From IMG/VR virus record IMGVR_UViG_2061766007_000215: a stretch of DNA of 62,072 bases. The stretch is one strand, 5' to 3'. This DNA comes from an uncultured virus (IMG/VR IMGVR_UViG_2061766007_000215). Lineage: Duplodnaviria > Heunggongvirae > Uroviricota > Caudoviricetes. The position numbers and the translations under genes are program-made. The notes under the pieces were generated by a model that did no database searches, was not told the DNA's origin, and saw only the letters and a list, made by a program, of their open reading frames with translations. Shown in pieces: positions 56,961 through 62,072 of this stretch (the first letter of the stretch is position 1; every line of letters starts with the position of its first letter).

Positions 56961-58650
56961 NNNNNNNNNNNNNNNNNNNNNNNNNNNNNNNNNNNNNNNN
57001 NNNNNNNNNNNNNNNNNNNNNNNNNNNNNNNNNNNNNNNNNNNNNNNNNNNNNNNNNNNNNNNNNNNNNNNNNNNNNNNNNNNNNNNNNNNNNNNNNNNN
57101 NNNNNNNNNNNNNNNNNNNNNNNNNNNNNNNNNNNNNNNNNNNNNNNNNNNNNNNNNNNNNNNNNNNNNNNNNNNNNNNNNNNNNNNNNNNNNNNNNNNN
57201 NNNNNNNNNNNNNNNNNNNNNNNNNNNNNNNNNNNNNNNNNNNNNNNNNNNNNNNNNNNNNNNNNNNNNNNNNNNNNNNNNNNNNNNNNNNNNNNNNNNN
57301 NNNNNNNNNNNNNNNNNNNNNNNNNNNNNNNNNNNNNNNNNNNNNNNNNNNNNNNNNNNNNNNNNNNNNNNNNNNNNNNNNNNNNNNNNNNNNNNNNNNN
57401 NNNNNNNNNNNNNNNNNNNNNNNNNNNNNNNNNNNNNNNNNNNNNNNNNNNNNNNNNNNNNNNNNNNNNNNNNNNNNNNNNNNNNNNNNNNNNNNNNNNN
57501 NNNNNNNNNNNNNNNNNNNNNNNNNNNNNNNNNNNNNNNNNNNNNNNNNNNNNNNNNNNNNNNNNNNNNNNTCCCGAAAGCGATAGGGAAGTAATTTGCT
57601 CAAATTGTGACCAACCTATTTTCAAATATCATAAATTGGATTTTGATTATAGACCGAAGTATTGCCCTAATTGCGGTGCGAAGATGGAAAGTGAGGATAA
57701 GGAATGACTAAATTAACGTGTAGTCTTGAACATTGGTTGTTTGAAAATCATAAAGACAAGTTAGGTTTGATACTTTTTGGGCATGTTGAATTATTTACTT
57801 CGGATATGCAAAAAGAGTATTTGAAGTGNNNNNNNNNNNNNNNNNNNNNNNNNNNNNNNNNNNNNNNNNNNNNNNNNNNNNNNNNNNNNNNNNNNNNNNN
57901 NNNNNNNNNNNNNNNNNNNNNNNNNNNNNNNNNNNNNNNNNNNNNNNNNNNNNNNNNNNNNNNNNNNNNNNNNNNNNNNNNNNNNNNNNNNNNNNNNNNN
58001 NNNNNNNNNNNNNNNNNNNNNNNNNNNNNNNNNNNNNNNNNNNNNNNNNNNNNNNNNNNNNNNNNNNNNNNNNNNNNNNNNNNNNNNNNNNNNNNNNNNN
58101 NNNNNNNNNNNNNNNNNNNNNNNNNNNNNNNNNNNNNNNNNNNNNNNNNNNNNNNNNNNNNNNNNNNNNNNNNNNNNNNNNNNNNNNNNNNNNNNNNNNN
58201 NNNNNNNNNNNNNNNNNNNNNNNNNNNNNNNNNNNNNNNNNNNNNNNNNNNNNNNNNNNNNNNNNNNNNNNNNNNNNNNNNNNNNNNNNNNNNNNNNNNN
58301 NNNNNNNNNNNNNNNNNNNNNNNNNNNNNNNNNNNNNNNNNNNNNNNNNNNNNNTTGATGGTTGAACCAAAGGAAAGTGAGAAGATAGATTGCAAAATAA
58401 CAAAATGCGAAAACTGTAAAAATCATAATTATTGTGATTATGAGCCACAGGAAAGTGAGGAGCAGACAGAATGAGAAAAACAATATGCGATATATGTGGC
58501 AAGGAAATGCGAAATGAAATGTTGGGAGCACCGATTAGTTCTTATAAGTTTTGCATATCAACTCATGGAAAAGCATGGGATATATGTTTTGAATGTCGGG
58601 AAGAACTAAATAAGTGGATAAAACAACGCAAGGCAGAAAGTGAGAAATGA

Positions 58651-58941
58651 ATGAAACTGATAATTGATATACCCGAAGGTGTATATAAATACGGAACATT
58701 AGGTTTATATTTTGATTGTTATAGTATGAGATTACACGACACGATTTTGAGCGGTATACCTATACCCGACAATGCGACAAATGGGGATGTGATAAAGGTA
58801 TTATTCAAAAACTCGTTATATGAAGAAGATGCAGAAACATCTGATAACGAGGATTACATTTGTATGCATAATGGGTTAAATAGCGTATGCGACTTTGATA
58901 TAAAGTGGTGGAATAACCTATATCAGAAAGGCGATAAGTAA
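58651..58941 (+). CDS. hypothetical phage protein
   Basis: MKLIIDIPE...ATNGDVIK.LF...WWN..Y. Confidence 0.6.
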   Translation: MKLIIDIPEGVYKYGTLGLYFDCYSMRLHDTILSGIPIPDNATNGDVIKVLFKNSLYEEDAETSDNEDYICMHNGLNSVCDFDIKWWNNLYQKGDK

Positions 58942-59183
58942 TGAGGTTAATTGATGCAGATAAATTTGCTAATGATGAATACCTTGAGAAAAGATATGGA
59001 ACAGACTTTTATTGGGAGTTTAGAAAAAGATTAGATAAGCAACCGACAGTATGCGACATAGAGCAGATAAGAGCAGAGATAGAAGAGTTGGAAACATATT
59101 ACGATAATGACTATTTTTCGGGAAACCGAGATGCAATGTTTAAGTGTGACGATGTATTTGATATTATCGACAAATATAAATAA
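58941..59183 (+). CDS. hypothetical phage protein
   Basis: MRLIDAD...QPTV pattern common in Firmicute phages. Confidence 0.6.
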   Translation: MRLIDADKFANDEYLEKRYGTDFYWEFRKRLDKQPTVCDIEQIRAEIEELETYYDNDYFSGNRDAMFKCDDVFDIIDKYK

Positions 59184-60845
59184 GGAGCGTGGGATATGAC
59201 AGGAAAAGAAATTTTAGTAAAATATTGTCAAGAACACAACGGAGAAGAAATATATAACTTTATAAAAAGAATATTTGATGCGTCATTAGAATGGACAGAT
59301 TCAAGATTATTTATTATTGATTGGTTAGATGAGGAACAGAAACAAAAATAAGGAGCAAATAAAAATGACAGTAAATATATGTGGAATACCACATAAGGTA
59401 ATAGAACGTGAAGATGGTTTTGAAAATGAAGTATGTGGACTTATTGATTATAAGAAATGTGAAATTAAGATTAACAAGAATATGTCTAAAGANNNNNNNN
59501 NNGTCACATTGGACGCATATAATTGGAACAATAAGGGTTTCACCTATGGGAAGAACTCAGCCGGAGAAAAGATATATTCTCGATACCGTATTAGCCCATC
59601 TTCCGCTTGTAACTGGATCCGAAAGAGATATGGAAATACATATTAATGTAGGTGGCGGTGCCTCCAGTAGTTCTTCGTGCGATGAATTTGATATGTGTAC
59701 AGACAAAGGAAAAGATTGGTACGGAAATAGGTCTCGTAAAGGTTGGTTTGATATGGAAGAAGACTACTTATTAACAGTAGTTGGAAATCTTAGAGACAGG
59801 GAGTTTGATGAAACATATAAAGAGTTTCAAAAATGGTTAACGAGATTGGCTAANNNNNNNNNNNNNNNNNNNNNNNNNNNNNNNNNNNNNNNNNNNNNNN
59901 NNNNNNNNNNNNNNNNNNNNNNNNNNNNNNNNNNNNNNNNNNNNNNNNGTAATCCGGAAGTTGAACCCAATTGGTGTGAGTATCTAATGTGGAAACGTTG
60001 GAAAGATACGCCATTGCCATTAGAACTTGTCTATAAATATTACGATGACGAANNNNNNNNNNNNNNNNNNNNNNNNNNNNNNNNNNNNNNNNNNNNNNNN
60101 NNNNNNNNNNNNNNNNNNNNNNNNNNNNNNNNNNNNNNNNNNNNNNNNNNNNNTGTGGTATTAAAATATGAAACCGTTGATGCCATGTGGGGGATAGGAA
60201 AAATAATGATTACAGACAACGATATAAAAGCATTACAAGAAGGTAAATACCTATATTTTTCAGATGGTGAATATGCTCATATTTTATGTTATGACAAAGC
60301 CAAGGAAGAAGGTAAATGAATGACGAGAGAAGNNNNNNNNNNGTAGATACACAAGACGGTATGTCAGAGTGGAGAAATGCCGTAAATGATGTTGTTGAAG
60401 AAATATTGCACAAGGTTGAACAGTTACCATCCGTCACGCAGAAGTCGGGGAAGTGCAAGAACTGCAAATACNNNNNNNNNNAAACAAGACGGTAAAGACT
60501 GGCTTGATGACAGAGATATTCCTATGCTTGAAGAATGTGTCAAGGCACTATCGCAAGAGCCGTGTGATGATGCGATAAGCCGAGATGCGGTTGACAAGTA
60601 TATTGCAAGGTTGTTAAGCGGTTATCTGTATGACGGGGAAAGAGAACGTCTTGAAATCTTTTCCGCTTATTTATGGGAGTTACCATCCGTCACGCAGAAG
60701 TCGGGGAAGTGCAAGAACTGCAAATACTTTGAATACGATAGTGTGGCAAAGGTTGACGGAATACCGCTTATAGTAGCACACGAAATNNNNNNNNNNTGAG
60801 GATGGGTATTGTTACTTGTTTGAGCCGCAGAAAGATGAGGAATGA

Positions 60846-61040
60846 ATGATGTGGAAATCTGTGTTAGCAATATGGGGTTCAACGGCAGTAGCAATAGGAA
60901 TAGCATTATATTATACACATGATATAAGGTGCTTATGGTTTTTGCTTATCCCATCATTGATGAGTTTTCAAACTGATAGCAATAAGAAAAAAGACAAAGA
61001 AGAAGTGAGTATGGGAGTTACGAATGAAGATGATAATTGA
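60846..61040 (+). CDS. small membrane protein
   Basis: IWGSTAVAIGIALYYT...CLWFLLIP. Confidence 0.55.
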   Translation: MMWKSVLAIWGSTAVAIGIALYYTHDIRCLWFLLIPSLMSFQTDSNKKKDKEEVSMGVTNEDDN

Positions 61041-61233
61041 TATAAACGAAGATATTATAACGGCAATAAAAGAAAATCGTATAGTTCCAAAGCAATTATA
61101 CACATTATTCGATAGCGTTATTAATGGCACATTTATATCTGAAACAAGTGAATTGCCTTGTGATATATATACAGAGGGATATTTCAAAGGATATGACGAT
61201 GGGATGAACAATCTTGTATTAACTGAAACGTGA
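61024..61233 (+). CDS. hypothetical protein
   Basis: MKMIIDI..., overlapping operon-style. Confidence 0.5.
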   Translation: MKMIIDINEDIITAIKENRIVPKQLYTLFDSVINGTFISETSELPCDIYTEGYFKGYDDGMNNLVLTET

Positions 61234-61252
61234 ATGAAAGTGAGGATAAGGA

Positions 61253-61522
61253 ATGACAGTAAATATATGCGGAATACCACATAAAGTAATAGAACGTGCA
61301 GATGGTTTTGAAAATGAAATATGTGGAATGATTGATTATAAGAAATGTGAAATTAAGATTAACAAGAATATGTCTAAAGAACATAAGTTAGAAACTCTTT
61401 GCCACGAAATAATTCACGGAATATTCTTTCATTTAGGATATAATGAACACGCTACTAATGAACAGTTGGTACAGGCTTTAGGAAATGCTATTTATCAGAG
61501 TTTTGATATAAAGGAGATATAA
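61253..61522 (+). CDS. small zincin-like metallopeptidase domain protein
   Basis: TLCHEIIHG (HExxH); partial allele at 59365-59492. Confidence 0.7.
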   Translation: MTVNICGIPHKVIERADGFENEICGMIDYKKCEIKINKNMSKEHKLETLCHEIIHGIFFHLGYNEHATNEQLVQALGNAIYQSFDIKEI

Positions 61523-61812
61523 TGTCGAAAGAAGAAGTAATAGAAACATTAGAAAATCATCATTTATGGACAGGAGAGCCAAGAGAACTAATTGACGTAA
61601 GAAAAGCAAATAAAGCACTTAATATAGCAATAGATGCAATTAAAAAGTTATCAGAAATAGAAGATATTATTACTTGTCCGTTGCCTATTCAAGAAGATGT
61701 TTTTAGATATAAGGCTATATGTAATGTAATAAGAAAATCAAATTTTCAAGAAAAAGCAAGAATGACAATGAAAGAAGGTTGTTATCTTGAACAAGGAATA
61801 ACACAATGTTAA
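61522..61812 (+). CDS. hypothetical protein
   Basis: 96 aa with AAGGAG RBS. Confidence 0.5.
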   Translation: MSKEEVIETLENHHLWTGEPRELIDVRKANKALNIAIDAIKKLSEIEDIITCPLPIQEDVFRYKAICNVIRKSNFQEKARMTMKEGCYLEQGITQC

Positions 61813-62072
61813 GGAGTGCGAAATGAAATATAAACCATTAGATATGTTTTTAAAACAAACAGATGAACTTAAAGAACTTATAGNNNNNNNNNNAAATATA
61901 GACCATTAGATATGTTTTTAAAACAAACAGATGAACTTAAAGAACTTATAGCAAAATATCCCGACTATCCTATTGTGGTTATAGTTGATTCAGAAGTAGT
62001 TGCTGATTATGATTATGGTTGGTGGTATGCACCCGAAATTAGATTTGGTATAGGTGAAATACTTGATTGTGA

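Noticed and set aside
50975..58531. Long X-filled ORFs
   Set aside because: Artifacts of N runs.
1..62072. CRISPR array, rRNA, or stop-codon reassignment
   Set aside because: No regularly spaced repeats or rRNA motifs are seen. Long genes are intact in code 11 and end in TAA, TGA or TAG.

Overview
This is an AT-rich tailed-phage scaffold, probably a large siphovirus-like phage of an anaerobic Firmicute with SPbeta-like gene content. Host and family are inferred, not searched. N-gaps join pieces of at least two or three related genomes, so many genes appear twice or three times as diverged alleles. On the + strand, 1-23 kb is a tail/virion module: major tail protein split by a group I intron (2481-3741) carrying a GIY-YIG endonuclease, PemK/MazF-like RNase, repeat-rich fibre, RuvC-like resolvase, 1870-aa tape measure protein and tail-tip genes. 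23-32.6 kb holds a conserved cluster of structured non-coding modules (two diverged copies), tyrosine recombinase fragments, holins and two alleles of a multi-domain endolysin. On the - strand, 32.6-55.5 kb is a nucleotide-metabolism and replication module present as two alleles: thyX, Gp157, deaminase, class III RNR, SleB-like hydrolase, RecD2, CAP protein, dnaE, HNH, DenV-like glycosylase. The last 6.5 kb is fragmentary small ORFs. The most notable signals are: (1) an unnamed cluster of pseudoknotted or hairpin RNA modules conserved between two genomes with compensatory changes; (2) a precisely mappable self-splicing intron in the major tail gene with its own internal promoter; (3) an allelic swap between redoxin-type and formate-type anaerobic RNRs; (4) apparent genome-wide avoidance of restriction sites; (5) promoters built into RBS-occluding hairpins.
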